NCBI GenBank assembly: GCA_951406725.2
Contig: OX597825.1
Location: forward strand, 52,762,001 to 52,826,000
Reading direction: 5' to 3'
Length of the DNA: 64,000 nt
Origin: Octopus vulgaris
Taxonomy: Eukaryota
Shown: in pieces, positions 38,422 to 51,880 of the stretch
How positions within the stretch are numbered: the first letter of the stretch is position 1
Layout: every line of letters starts with the position of its first letter
The notes under the pieces: generated by a model
What the model was told of the DNA's origin: nothing
Databases searched by the model: none
What the model saw: only the letters and a program-made list of their open reading frames with translations
Made by a program: the position numbers and the translations under genes

Positions 38422-40316
38422 TCTTGGTTATCGCTAAAAAGATAAAATGGTAACTTGCAGGCTTACCAATGGTCATCTCTATTCAAATAAGGATTGACCT
38501 GAGGTTAAACATTATGAATAGAGAGAGATTACCAAAATATTCCATAAACGGTTAATGATGCAATCAAGCATTGACTATCACTTGCACACTTTTTCCTTGT
38601 TTCCCACAAAAGAGCTATATTCAACTACTCCAGCTCAAATTAAAGAAATTTTTAGCTCTGTGTTTGAAGATGTTTTTATATATTTGCTAAGTTGAATATT
38701 GATGACAACATGTATCTGATATAAGCAAAGATACCTAGTGATATTCAGGAAAGGAAGAGGTTTGAAGAAGAACTGGCTGTTTGTATATATATATGTCAAA
38801 CACATTGTGGTTTTCATTGCCAGTTCACCCCTGAGAGGATCAGGCTGCTATGACTATGAAGTTGAGATATCACATAAAGATTCTTAGTTGTTCATACAGA
38901 ATAGCATTCAAGGATGACTTAATATTTCTAGCTGGTCAGAGTGCCATGTGGAGATCTCCACTGTTGATTCATACTCGCAGAAGACAGGAAGCAGTTAAGA
39001 TAGTTCTGACTGCTATTTCTTACAGGTGTAGTTGCCACACAGTGGTTTGCCTAGTTGGCTGGTGCATCAGTCAGTCTGTCTGTCTATTAGTCAGCTGATC
39101 ATCCATCACTTTCATTGGTTTTAGCCAAGAGTTACACAGAATAATCAGTCTCTGAATGTCTTAGTATGGAATTTAAAGTGATTATTTTATTCCTTTTATG
39201 AGTTAAATACTAATTTAAACTCAAACACTTTTTCAAAAAGTAATTTGATATTTTTCTTTACCATCGAAATTTAACAATAAAACTATTTCAATAACAGTAA
39301 AATAATTTTCAAGAATTTAGTAAAATTATTCAACATTTTACGAAAACATATAGATGATGTTCATCTTTCTCTAACCAAATCATTGAAAATCACTAAATTA
39401 GCAAACTTTTTTCTATATTTTGCTAATTAGTTAAATTGAGACATTAAAGAAAATGCCAATTATAGTTTACTGTAATAGATAAGTTTCATTAAAACTTGAC
39501 TGGAACAGAACATGTACATTATTTTGAGAAATTAATTATACTTGTTGAAATTTGATTAATATGGATGCAATATCTTATATTCATAAATCACATTGTATCG
39601 ATGTAGCAATGTGTTGTATTTTAAATAAGGCTTCCAAACATAATGAAATATAGTGATTTAAATATTTAAAACTAAAATGCTAAACATAGTAACGTATAAC
39701 TGAGTAACTATTAATTTTTAATGAAGAATATATTCTTTTTACTTGTTTCAATTATTGGGCTGTTGCTATGCTGGATCACTGCCCTGTAAGCTTAGTGGGA
39801 AAAATTGACCCTAGTAATTAACTTTCTGTTTTAAAAACTGATTGTTATTCTATCACTCCATTTTGATTACTCACTAAATTACAAGGGGCATAAACAAACC
39901 AATACTGGTTGTGTAGATTGGGCAGGGCAAACACACAAGACCACTACAAATGGAGTATCTTCCAACATTATATATTCGTCAAGAAATGTGAGATCTCAGA
40001 GGAAGCACACACACACACACACACACAGTACAGACAAAATTGTGTTTAATGGTAACTTGTAATAAGTATATACAATAAGCGAACAGGTTTGTTTAGAATC
40101 AAAACTTCAACTTGAACTGTGACTGAGACAAAATAGTGTTGTAGCTTCCTATCAAGGAATGACTATGTGGTTCATTATTGAGTGGTTAAAGAGATACTGA
40201 AAAGAAATAATGAACAGACAAAACATGTGGTATCACTTTAGAGTTTAGAATTTATAATTCAAGCATAACTGCAGAGCTGTTAAAGTAAATAAGGGATTAA
40301 GAAGTTGTGCATAATG

Positions 40317-40402
40317 TCTTACAGCTGTTTCAAGAAAAGCAGTGCATATGGTGCATATCTCACTGAGGAAAGATTTCCATATAAAAGGCAGCTTCTCAGA
40401 GA
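40317..40402 (-). ncRNA. Degenerate hammerhead motif
   Basis: tct CTGAGAA ... GAAAC agct GTA aga with palindromic ACAGCTGT; stem II poorly paired. Confidence 0.4.
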
Positions 40403-40416
40403 AGAGTTAAGGAATA

Positions 40417-40711
40417 TCTTTATATATAAAAGTGAAGTTGTGTGAGTGTCCTACGATTTAGATTCCTAACTACTCCCACATTTGCGGTGCAGTTTAACCA
40501 AAACCGGGTATCTTATAGCCGTGATTCATATCGAGCCCTTCTGGGTATTAGCGCGCGTCTACGATGAGTCTACGATTTAAAAAAAAAATTACCATAATTT
40601 TTTCCCATTTTTAATGCATTTTTTCCTATTATATAAGGGAAGTAACTCTCTAAAAATGCTTATATAGTTATTTCCCTTACAAACCCGAGCAACGCCGGGC
40701 GATACTGCTAG
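40417..40711 (+). mobile_element. Non-autonomous Helitron
   Basis: A|TC..tatataaaa 5' end; 3' hairpin cccgagcaacgccggg then CTAG|T; no TSD. Confidence 0.85.
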
Positions 40712-40924
40712 TCCTTGATAAAGGATATCAGTAGTTACCAGTCTCATCGTCTAAAGATATATATATATATACGCTTTGGAGACATAAAATGTACAGCAAT
40801 ATCAGAGAATGGTTAAAAGGGAAATAGCTTTTGTATGTGGAAGATTCAGAGGTACAATAAACACTGAAAATGTACATAAAATACACTCCATTAACTGGCA
40901 GGGTGTAAGCTAGAGGTAGTAGAT

Positions 40925-41620
40925 AGCTTACATTAGTAGCGGAGGTGGATTCTTTGAAAGTATAGCAGCAAAAATAAGATTAAGCTGGGCAAAGTTCAGA
41001 GAGCACTTACCTCAGCTGGCAACAAAGAGGCTCTCTCTCAGAGTGAAAGCAGATTGCATGATGCCTCTGTGTGAACAGCTATGCTACATGGCAGTAAAAC
41101 ATGGGCTGTGACAGCCGAGGACATGCATAGGCTTGAAAAAAATGAAGCCAGTATGCTTTGCTGGATGTGCAGTATCAGTGTGCATGTTTGACAGAGTGTA
41201 AGCATCTTGAGAGAAAAGCTAAGCATAAGAGGCATCAGATGTGGTGTGCAGGAGAGATGACTACGTTGGTGTGGTCATGTGTTGTATATGGATGAGGACA
41301 GCTTTGTAAAGAATTGTTGATCTGTAACTGCAGAGGGAACCTGTGGTAGAAATAGATCCAGGAAGATATAGGACAAAGTGGTGAAGCAGGATCTTCAAAC
41401 TTTGAGCCTCACAGAAGCAATGACTAGTGACTGAGACCTTTGGCAATATGCCGTGTTTCAGATGATTCGTCAAACCAAGGGAAATCATAGTCATGGCTAA
41501 TGCTGGTGTAACAGAACTGGCACTTGTGCCAGTGACACGTAAAAAGCACCTTTCGAGCATAGGCCTTTTCGGAGACAGAGTGGCCGAGCTCCTTCCAAGG
41601 GCTGGGCCTCGTTGAGGCAA
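40925..41620 (+). mobile_element. RTE LINE 3' ORF fragment
   Basis: AMLHGSKTWAVTAEDMHRLEKNEASMLCWMC, LRWCGHV. Confidence 0.8.
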
Positions 41621-42229
41621 TGACTGATTTTCCTTAACTGATGATCAAAATGAGCCTTCTATTGAAAATCATGGGATGTTAAATTATTTGTTTTTGCGTT
41701 ATTTTGATTTTATCAAGGATTTGACAATAAATAATAATGACTTTAGATAGTAAATTTAGTTTTAGACTAATATGATGAATGACATTTCACAGTGGTAGTT
41801 AAAGCATGTAAGTGACTACTTATTGAATGTTCTCTCACATTCCCTGACCCCAAGTATTTTGGCCATCTGGCTGTGGGCTATTTTGAGACATGACTGTCTG
41901 CCTGCCTGGGAATACCTGCCATTGCTTGGTGGAGCGATTTTTGAATGCCTGTGAGATCACACTTCTCACTGTAGGGTGAGGAATAGAGGTTTTGAATTGG
42001 TAACAGGTGTATTTATTGCAACCATTTGCTCAACATCACACTTAACAGGATGTATAGTTGGAAGGATCCTCCTTGTAAATGTACAAAAATAAGTGATTAT
42101 TTCAAACATGTACCATCAAACATGTAAGTATCATTAATATACTGAAAAAGGGTAAACCAAATTGTTTCCTGTAAAACCTGAACTGTGTTCCTCCTCTGTG
42201 GCCTTTTGTCGGCAGAGTTTATCTATTAT

Positions 42230-42485
42230 TGACCCATCCATCGTCTGTTTGTTCATCAACTTTTTCTACAATTGACTTCTCTCAAACTGTTAGCCCAAAT
42301 GGGACCAGATTTTTATGATAGTACCTGGCTTGGTCCTCTATCAAATTTTTTAAACTTGTGCTGATTCAACAATTGTTTACCATTCTTTGAACAAATTACT
42401 TGATCTTCTTCTCTGAAACTATTGGACCTAATGTCAGAAAAGTTTACTGGGGTGTTCCTTGGGTAGTCTCCTACAAAGTTAATTG
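42230..42485 (+). repeat. Possible Helentron/HINE-type tandem units
   Basis: Two diverged units beginning cttctct..aaact..tgg.cc.aat, resembling mollusc HINE core repeats. Confidence 0.3.
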
Positions 42486-43032
42486 ATATTTTATTAATTG
42501 GATGATTTTTTATTTAATAGAAAATCTATTTAATAGAAAACCCATAAGGACTTTTCATTTTCTATATGTTTTCCATATTTCCCGGTCAGAATCATCAAGA
42601 CAAACACCAAATGACAGTGAGAGGTTTACTGTACTGGGAAAATTACAAAGATCTCTTCAGTTTCGCTCACAGATTTTTAAATTAGTTTTTTTAACTAAAC
42701 GGTTTGAAACTTTGTATACTGGTTTAATTTCACACGCTGAACATGGTTTATTTTTCAACATTTTTGACAAAATTTAGTATTTCAGAAGTTAATTCAAGTT
42801 AAAGTTGTTATATTTGGGTAATTTTAGTCAATCAACGACGTAATTCAGCTGAAGAAAGTTACTGCTGTTTGTGACAGTGATCAAAGAGCAACAACTTCTG
42901 GGTTATCTCTACTAAATGTCACCACTCTGTTCTATTTCACTTTTGTTTACTGCCTGTGTTGCATATTACACACTTTTTTTGCTTTTGGTTCTCGCATCGG
43001 AGCAATCAGTAAACATCGAAGAATCAACACCA

Positions 43033-43524
43033 AGGTGGAAGAAATATTATTTACATATATTTATTCATTTGCCCCAACATCTAATTAGAGAGATACTGTA
43101 GTAGCAGTGACAACAAGTTTGCTCACTGGTTGGTAGTTGATAGTGTAGAAGTTATTGTCTGCCACTAGAGAGGGAGAGAGTAAGGAATGCTTGGAGCTGA
43201 CTAGAAAGAATGAAAGGATAAAGGTGGCATTGTCTTTCTTCCCAATTGAAGGGCGAAGGGAAAGTGTTGCTCCTTGGTCATAGCTGACACAAAAGAGAAG
43301 CTTTTGACAGCAAGAAAGACAATGCCACCTTTACCCTTTATTCCTTTCTAGTCAGCACCGTGCATTCCTTACTCTTTCTCTTTCTACTGGCAGACAGTAA
43401 CTTCTACATCATCAACTACCGACCAGTGAGAAAACTTGTTGTCACTGCCACTACAATTATCACTATATCTCTAACTGCATGTCAGGCAAATGAATAAATA
43501 TATGTAAATAATATTTCTACACCT
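43033..43524. repeat. Diverged ~210-bp-arm inverted repeat
   Basis: Arms 43033-43240 and 43312-43524 with many substitutions; ~70-bp spacer. Confidence 0.85.
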
Positions 43525-43674
43525 GAAACTAGTAACAGCAGCAATGAATCTCTGACATTTAGCATCTCAACACTACAAACACAAGCCATCTTAAAAACTG
43601 GGGGCCTTGGAATTCAGGAGCAAGGAATGCAAAATTCGCCTGATTTTGATATTGGGCTAGTTAGTTGAGCATCT

Positions 43675-44385
43675 ATGGATGACAATGAGTGCAAGACCAT
43701 TCTTCAGCAGAAGTGGAAGCTACCAAAGCAGTTTATATACCCAAAGAATCAGCAGAACAGAAGGTACTCTCCAACATGGGAAGAGAAGTTTCCATGGCTT
43801 AGGTATTCTAAGTCACTGGATGCAGTTTTTTGTTCAGAGTGTATTTGTTTTGCTGCCCAAGATATGAGCAATCCGGAATTTGTAGCCAAACCATTCCAGG
43901 ATTGGAAGAATGCCTGTGGTCAAGAAAGAGAGTCTCTAATTCATCATGGAAAGTTAGAACCCATCAAGGAGCAATGAAATGGCTAATGAATGTTTGATGA
44001 TTTGCCAAGAAGAAAAGAAATCGCTCACAGAACATTTTTCTAAAGCAATATGCTCAGCAAGTTGAAAAGAACCAATTAGCTCTTTTATGCATTCTTGATG
44101 TAATTACTTCCCTTGCAAAAAGAGGAATTTTACTTACTGGAAGCTGGTCCTATGAGAAGAAGGAAGAAGACAGTAATTTCAAATTTTTTATTAAGTGGAA
44201 AGCGAAAGATGATCCTGATTTTGCAGCCTTTCTGGAAAATGCACCAAGGAAAGCCACATATTTATTTCCTGTTATCCAGAATCAACTGATTGAATGTCTT
44301 GCAAAGGTCATCAGGACGCAAATCATTAATGAAGCCATGAAGGTTGACTATTTCAGTATCATGGCTGATGAAATTTGTGATGCAA
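43675..44385 (+). pseudogene. hAT transposase N-terminal relic (TTF-type zinc finger + DUF4371-like region)
   Basis: FPWLRYSKSLDAVFCSEC, FQDWKNA, NAPRKATYL..IQNQLIE, YFSIMADEICD. Confidence 0.85.
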
Positions 44386-44597
44386 ATGGTTCTTTTGGCT
44401 TTCGAAAACGACCTTTTCTTTCTTTTCCTATATTTTTTGTCAAGTTAGAATTTCTCTGTTTTGGTCAGGATTTTCCCATTTCTTTTTTCTTGTATAAAGC
44501 AAATGGACAGAAGCATTTAAAAAGAATTAAATTCATAGAAGCGAACAATATCAAGAATGTTAATTTTAATCGTAATGATGGAAAGGATTAACATTTT

Positions 44598-46147
44598 TGG
44601 ATCTAGTTAGAGGCACAAAATCAGCCCCCTTTAATTTTGCTCAGATTGTTTCCAAATTTGGACTATGGATGGAGTTGGAAATTTTGATTACACTCAACCA
44701 ATTACTTTATCTCGTAAATTAAAGATTTTGATGCTAACTGGAATTAAAGTTGAAAAATTTGTGTAATTTTAGCCAAACAACAGACAGCGAGGCATTAACA
44801 ACTAGTTACCATAGCAACATATGACTCGCTGAGCTGAGTTTTTCTCGTCTGCACGCAGTTTCTCTGCACATGTTTCGATTTTGTTATTTTTGTGCAAACT
44901 TTATAAATCATCCATTACCTATTGCTTATATGAATTAGAATTTAATTTTAGGTATTTTCCGTGAATTTTCGTAGTATTTTACATATATTTCATGAAGCTT
45001 TTCTGTATTTGTTTACTTTTTGCTTGTTGGTAAAAGCATAGAATGGCTGCATCCAAGTCATTTTGAAAACAGAGGTGGATGCTACATATTATTTCGAAAA
45101 CAAAAAGGGTGTTATCCTTAAAAAAATAATAATAAAATAAACCTAGGCACAATATAACTAAGAAAGTGGTTCGAGGGAATTTGTACTGACGGTGCGCTCG
45201 CAATGGATGTAATGAACGTTTGTCAGTAAGGAGAGAAAGGAAAAAAAAAAAAAACTTCGGATTTTTCGCGTGCATTCGACATATCTGACCGCCAAACTCG
45301 TCGCAAGCCTCTTTTTAACCTTGGTTAATGGTAAACATTAACCCAAATAGCTGCTAATGCGGGTGCACTTGTAAATATTTACCCAAATACATACAGACAA
45401 ATACGTTAATATAACGAAAAAATAAATAAAATCATTACTTCATAAGGTATCTATTTTTATTAAGAAACTTAGAATGAACAGGTCACATAGGTTACAACCT
45501 TACACAGGGCACAACCATAAAGTTGATACCGTTCGCTACAACGAAAGTTTATTATTGGCTAAAAATAGTGTTTCGCTTTTTGAACGTCTGTAACATTTTC
45601 GTCAATTTTTTCTCAATAAATTCTTTGGTTCAAATGAATAAGGAATGAATATTTTGGATCTTTTCGGTTTGAACGGCAGTTTTTCTAGCGGTGTCATATG
45701 AAATTGTCACCCTTAATTATAACCCTAGTATCGATCTATTGCATTTCAATCTGTTTTAGGGTTAGGGTTGGAGGGAAAGGTATCTTTTTTTTTTCAGAAA
45801 TGTAAATAAACCCAATCTGTTTCTTAAACGAGGGACATATTCATACGGCATAGAATGTTTTCAACTCAATAGGCGTCATTGATTGGTTGAAATTGCAGGA
45901 ATTGAAGAAAAAACAACAAATATCTTACAAACTATAGAATGTTTTCAATAAAACCAAGAGAAAAAGATGTTTTATAAACACATTCTACCAGTATACGAAG
46001 TTTAAAAGTGTTTAGTTACGTCGAAATTATTAAAAAAAACTGCTGTTCAAACCGAAAAGATCCAATATGTTTAATATGACATATTTTCAGATTTTTTGCT
46101 TCGTTTTAAAAGGGGGCTGATTTTGTGACTCAAACTAACTAAATCCA
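44598..46147. mobile_element. Non-autonomous TIR DNA transposon
   Basis: Inverted termini ggatctagttag..cacaaaatcagccccc and gggggctgattttgtg..ctaactaaatcc. Confidence 0.65.
45656..46063. mobile_element. Nested MITE (GG termini, 8-bp TSD; Merlin-like)
   Basis: TIR ggatcttttcggtttgaac.gcagttttt; flanks aatatttt/aatatgtt; internal ttagggttaggg. Confidence 0.75.
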
Positions 46148-46364
46148 CACTCTCTTTCTTGAGCGTAAAAAATCCTCTTCCCGGGTGACAATAGTTTATA
46201 TGTCAGTTTGTTGCACACATTCTAATCGTTTTGATAATTGAAATCGGAAAGGTTTGAATGATTTCATCGGCATTTTCTTGTACCAAAGAGCACTCTTTCG
46301 ATAGACAACTCGTTGATTACATAGGTGTCACTTGGTGGAAATAAACGCAATTATTTTATCTTTA

Positions 46365-46750
46365 ATCTTTTACTTGTTTCAGTCATTCGACTGGAGCACC
46401 GCCTTTAGTCGAGCAAATCGACCCCAGGACTTATTCTTTGTAAGCCTAGTACTTATTCTATCGGTCTCTTTCGCCGAACCGCTAAGTTACAAGGATGTAA
46501 ACACACCAGCATCGGTTGTCAAGCGATGCTGGGGGGACAGACACAGACACACAAAGATATACACACACATACATATATATACACATACATACGACGAGCT
46601 TCTTTCAGTTTCCGTCTACCAAATGCACTCACAAGGCTTTGGTCGGCCTGAGGCTATAGTAGAAGACACTTGCCCAAGGTGCCACACAGTGGGACTGAAC
46701 CCGGAACGATGTGGTTCGTAAGCAAGCTACTTACCACACAGCCACTTCTA
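46365..46750 (-). mobile_element. Full-length SINE of the 26740 family
   Basis: Reverse-complement match along its length. Confidence 0.85.
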
Positions 46751-47130
46751 CGTCTATAATTACCAAACTTTCATTCATAAGATCATTGACTATTTCGTTT
46801 CATTGCATTTCAATTTGTACTACTGATTGCGTACAAGCGAATAAGTAAAACTACGTCCTTTATTTTTTTTAATCATCTGCTGATATCAAAATAAAAATAT
46901 TTTGTAGCGGGGGCCATTTGTGGATCCAAGGGGCGTTTGGCCAAAATGGGCTGAAAACTTTTGCTGTATAATATACTAAATCAGATCTGCAAGTATAGAT
47001 ATATGCCTTTCTGACATACCCTCCCCTTCCCATCATTGGGACAATGCATAGAACTATTTGTAATTGCTAACTTGGTTTGGTTTTTGTTGGTCTTTACTTC
47101 CTCTAATATTTTAGTCTGGATATGATCCTC

Positions 47131-47180
<50 letters not shown>

Positions 47181-48033
47181 TCAAATTTAAGGAAAGACGA
47201 AGACAAGCGTAGGAGTAACAAGCAAGTGTATTAGTTTGACGCTAGGGAAAAATGAAAAAGTTTTTTACGTTTCGAGCCTTCGCTCTTCGACAAAAAGAAA
47301 TAAGAGGATTTAAATAGAGGGAATGAAAAAAAAAAAAAATGTGTTGAGTTCTATGGTTCAACATGGCAAATAATTGGAGAAAAAGGAAAGTTTTTTTTAG
47401 GCGGTGGTGAAGGTGGAGGAGGAAGGATTTATAATAAAGCATGCTGGAAGAAGGAGTTAATGAAAAAAGGAAGAAACAGTTAAAAAGGAGAGAGAATAGA
47501 AAAGCACGTACGGGAGTTCAGAAAGTTCAAAAGTCATGGTAGATTAAAGCGATTTACATCAACGAAAATAGCCGGTGTGATCCGTGAAGGTAGAGTCCAA
47601 AAGTGTATGAAGATCCAGTGCTAATCCGGGTGGAGTGCTCTTATATGGATGAGGAGAGGTGCTGAAAGGTCTGGAAGTGGTTAAGATATGCAAGTCCAAG
47701 AGAGTCGGAAGTTCAATCAGAATCAAACTGGTGTAATCTCGTGAGTGTATAATATATAGTTCAAATTTATAGAAAAGTAAAGACGAAGACGGGTGCAGGA
47801 ACAACAAGCAAGTGTATGAATTTCACGCTCTGGGAAAATGGAAAAGTCTTTTACGTTTCTAGCCTACGCTTTTCGACAGAAAAGAATAAGAGGAAATAGA
47901 GAGAGAATGAAAATAGAAATGTATTGAGTTCAGTGGTCCAATATGGCAAATGACTGGGGAAAAAAGGTGATTTTTCTGGCGGTGGTGAAGGTGGAGGAGG
48001 AATGATTTATACTTAGGCATGCTGGGAAAAGGA
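47181..48033 (-). mobile_element. Tandem PLE pseudo-LTR unit with two HHR-like motifs (period ~586 bp)
   Basis: Direct repeats 47181-47455 and 47761-48033; motifs at 47261-47298 and 47848-47884. Confidence 0.6.
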
Positions 48034-48284
48034 TATATCGTTGCCAATATATTAAATTGTCGTACGTCTAAATTTGGTCAAAATTCGTTTTCTTCAATAT
48101 TTGTTTTGGATTTGAATATCTGGTTCTTTTGGTCGAACTATCGTATCTCCAGCTGCTTCAGATGCCAATATATTAAAACTTGTCAAAGTGTAGTATAACG
48201 GATTGGCTATGGAATGGTGAAACTAACTTTTCGTTTTCTGAAACAGCAACATTGTGGACTTACGACACTTTAGCTTAATAGCAA

Positions 48285-48340
<56 letters not shown>

Positions 48341-48356
48341 GTATGTATATATACAT

Positions 48357-48985
48357 ACATGGACTAAATGGGATCTCCCTAAGAAGAAACTGACGTGGAC
48401 TGACCCGTGGAGGGATGCTGGAACCTTTTCACATCTCCTTCTTGCTGCGGGTGGTGCACGACACACTTCCGACGCCAGTAAATCTGTACAGATGGAGTTT
48501 AACGGAAGACCAGCTATGTAGACTTTGTGGAGAATGGAACACTATGGCACACATCTTGAAAGGGTGCAGAGTAGCAATTTTTAGCACTTTTTCAAGGCAG
48601 ATATAAATGGCAACATGATAGGATGCTTGGAACACTTGCTCATACCCTGGAGCAGGAAACGCGCCAAGAAACATCATCACCAAAGGAAAGCAACAGGTGC
48701 AATTAAGTTCATGAAAGAGGTGGGGGAACCAGTAAAGTCAGCAAAAACAATACACAGCTTCCTGCAATGATCTCGACCATGTGATATGAAAGTGAACTTA
48801 GGGGAGAGGTTGTAGTTTCGCCTGGTTGTCGATACAACCCTGAGGTCAGATGTGGTCCTGTGGTCTGAAAAAGTCAAGAAAATTATCGTAATTGAACTAA
48901 CAGTGCCGTGGAAAGAGAGATGTGATGAGGCCTATGAACGGAAGCGTCCCAGATTTGAGAGCCTTCTGCAGGATTGGTGAATGGA
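48357..48985 (+). pseudogene. HERO-clade non-LTR retrotransposon C-terminal fragment (zinc knuckle + RLE)
   Basis: SFLLRVVHDTLPTPVNLYRW, CRLCGE..HILKGC, TLRSDVVLWS..IELTVPW..AYERK. Confidence 0.85.
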
Positions 48986-49045
48986 TAAAGCCCCTCCTTA
49001 TAGGTCTTATATATACATACTCTCTCTCTCTCACACACACACGCG

Positions 49046-49081
<36 letters not shown>

Positions 49082-49123
49082 TGTATCAACTGTTTGGATG
49101 TTTTGCGTTCTTGTCCCATTTTG

Positions 49124-49161
<38 letters not shown>

Positions 49162-50000
49162 CGGCGTACGTACATTTTGGTCCCTTATATGTAAGGATAT
49201 ATTTATCTAAATCTTGTACGACTCTATTCTTTCTTTCTATCAGCCCATTCACGCTTATTCGTTCATTCTACTCTTCGTTCTTTCGTTCCCCCTCTCTCAT
49301 TTTTCCTTGCTTTCTCTTCTTGCTCACTTTCCTTCCTCTTTTCACTTCACTGTGTCCCTATCATTTTTTCTCGCCCCTCCTTAATTCTTCTGTCCCTCTG
49401 CCTTTATCTCTCTCTCTCTTCTCTCCCTATGTGACTGGTGTTCGGCTAAGCCTAATCTTTCTTTCTTGGTTCGGCCGTCGTCCTTGCAACATCTATATTC
49501 CTCCCTGTGCCTATGAAATCTTGTATCTCTGCCGTAAGTATTTTCATACACGCCAACTTAATTTAATTCGTCCTTAGTCGAAAGACACCGGTTGTTATGT
49601 CCTGTTATTTGTATATGTGTAACATTGTCCGTTTTTTACGTGCATTCGAACGCAGCTGGTAGCATCTGGCCTTTGGCCGCTATTTGGACACAGAGACACA
49701 CACACACGCACACACACACACACACACAAACACACACGGATACACAGACACACATACACACCTCCACAAAACGATCATAAAAAGTAGAAAGAGTTATTAG
49801 ACCCCAAACGGCATTTGACCATCCTCAAAATCACAAAAGGTGTAATTTATGGCCTGCCTACCCACCAACACACACTCAGTGACACTGAAATGGTCAAAGA
49901 TAAAATTCTTATAGCCCCCTTGGAGGCCAGCAGACCAAAGGAAATCCTTCTTCTTCACTCTCTCTTCCCCTCTTTCTCTTTAGCCTCAGATACAAACGCG

Positions 50001-50047
<47 letters not shown>

Positions 50048-50340
50048 ATACACACAGGTTCTCTCTCTCACTTCCTCCTCATCCACTTCACCCTCTTGTG
50101 CTGTCTTGTTCCTCCCCACCACTACGAAACTCTATAAAATGATTAAAATTCCCCACAAAGGAATTATTTTGATTTGAAAACCCCACTAGAATGGGAGAAA
50201 GCGCTAATGATCTAAATGATATGATATATATGTAAAAAATGTAATATATAAATAAATATCTGTAAATATAAACCATCCGATATTCTGATTACCTCATTTC
50301 TTCTAATATACAATACCTGTACATCATCTCCAAACCTTCT

Positions 50341-50382
<42 letters not shown>

Positions 50383-50689
50383 TCATAAATACATATCTGT
50401 TTATTTACCGAACCAATAAATCCCAGGATTCAATACAAGTGTAGCTTGTTCTATAATACATTATAACGGAAAGGCTTCAATTTTTAATGCCTTCCCTATC
50501 ACCAAATGCTGAACCGAGCATATTCTTGTTTTGTGATTTTGAGGATGGTCACTGTTTGAAAATTTCTTGTATTATTTCGAGAAAATGCTTATCTTTATGG
50601 TCTATGGTTTAAAAACTTTTGTGCATAAATTGCTCATGCAAAAACACCATAAATTACAGTAATTGTCCTATTGGATACCATACAAACGA

Positions 50690-51880
50690 GTAGTATTAAA
50701 AAGTACAGATTGTATTGAGAGACAAAATTTCGCCGGCACCACTGTTAGGACTATTGTATCACATGATTCCAGCGTATTTTAGCATCACTAGTAATAGACG
50801 CCTAAATACTGAAGGCTGGGCCAAAATCTCTCTCTCTCTCTCTCGCCCTATCTATTAAGGAGTACATAAGCTGACTATACCTTCCCTTGAAATCTTTGGC
50901 TGTCATACTCCTGTAATGACTTGTGATTCCACCGCATGCTTTGAGGCTGGCTCTACAGATCACAACCTTTGAGATGTAGGTTCCTCCCAGAAGGTAGCTA
51001 GTAAGATTTTGAAAGCTAGAGGTTGGGTGTAGTTTGGAGGTCTGTGTACATGTAGATTTGCATGTATTGTAGAGCGCCTTATTAGAATGAATGTGTTGAA
51101 GCCAGAGTAACTAACTATAACGCTGTGGGAGTTGAAGAGCTCATAGTACTCATAGCCTGTAGGGAACTGCTTCTTGATCGACGAGGGGAAGCTACTAGCA
51201 TTGTTAATGAAAATATTTCTAGGTTAAATGAAGATTATCTTTCGCCTTCAGGTCCCCCCTGGGGCTTCTCCATATATGCTAACTTCTTAGTGAATCCACT
51301 CATTCACTCATCGCTGATGGATCACTCTTGAAGATTTCTATCCATTAAAAATTTAGAGATTCTTCTACTGAATCCTGTGACTAGTTTTCTAATTACTGTT
51401 AGTGGGTAGTTAGATTTTCTGTGAATATTTACACTTTTGTCGTTGGGCTCCCTTTATAAGTAGCCAAGGAACTCGACTTTTGTCAAATTGTTGGTAACTG
51501 CTAAATAGACGCCGAATTATTTATTTGATCCTTCTCGAACTTGTTCATGGTATGGCCCTGCGTATGGTTTAATACTACCAGGTCATCATCTTTATACAGG
51601 ACCGAACCATGGTACTCCTCTTCCTAACTTGCGCCCAATATAAATAAACCAATATCGGCCATCTCGCCTCTGTCATAGTTTTCCATACAATCGTCGAACA
51701 GTGCACTGCCTTATTTCTTCACCGAGTAACAATCATCATGAACCAAGATTAACATACTGGAGTTCACAATGATTCTGACATCGAGATCGCTGATACTGTT
51801 GAATTGCTTGCCAAAATCTAAAGCCTTCAGGAGGAGGATTTCAATATCGAAGAGTAGAAATCCACAATGTCGAAGTGGGT
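50690..51880 (-). pseudogene. Second, strongly decayed Naiad-like PLE
   Basis: HFDIVDFYSSI, LLKALDF, MENYDRGE, LYKDDDL, YELFNSHSVIVSYS and DFKGRY, collinear with the 10800-12713 protein. Confidence 0.75.

Noticed and set aside
45776-45790. TTAGGG repeats near here as an interstitial telomere
   Set aside because: Only about two units (at ~45756-45767), internal to a MITE
49816-50551. 23-bp perfect inverted match (49816-49838 / 50529-50551)
   Set aside because: No TSD or element boundaries identifiable; probably two fragments of one repeat family
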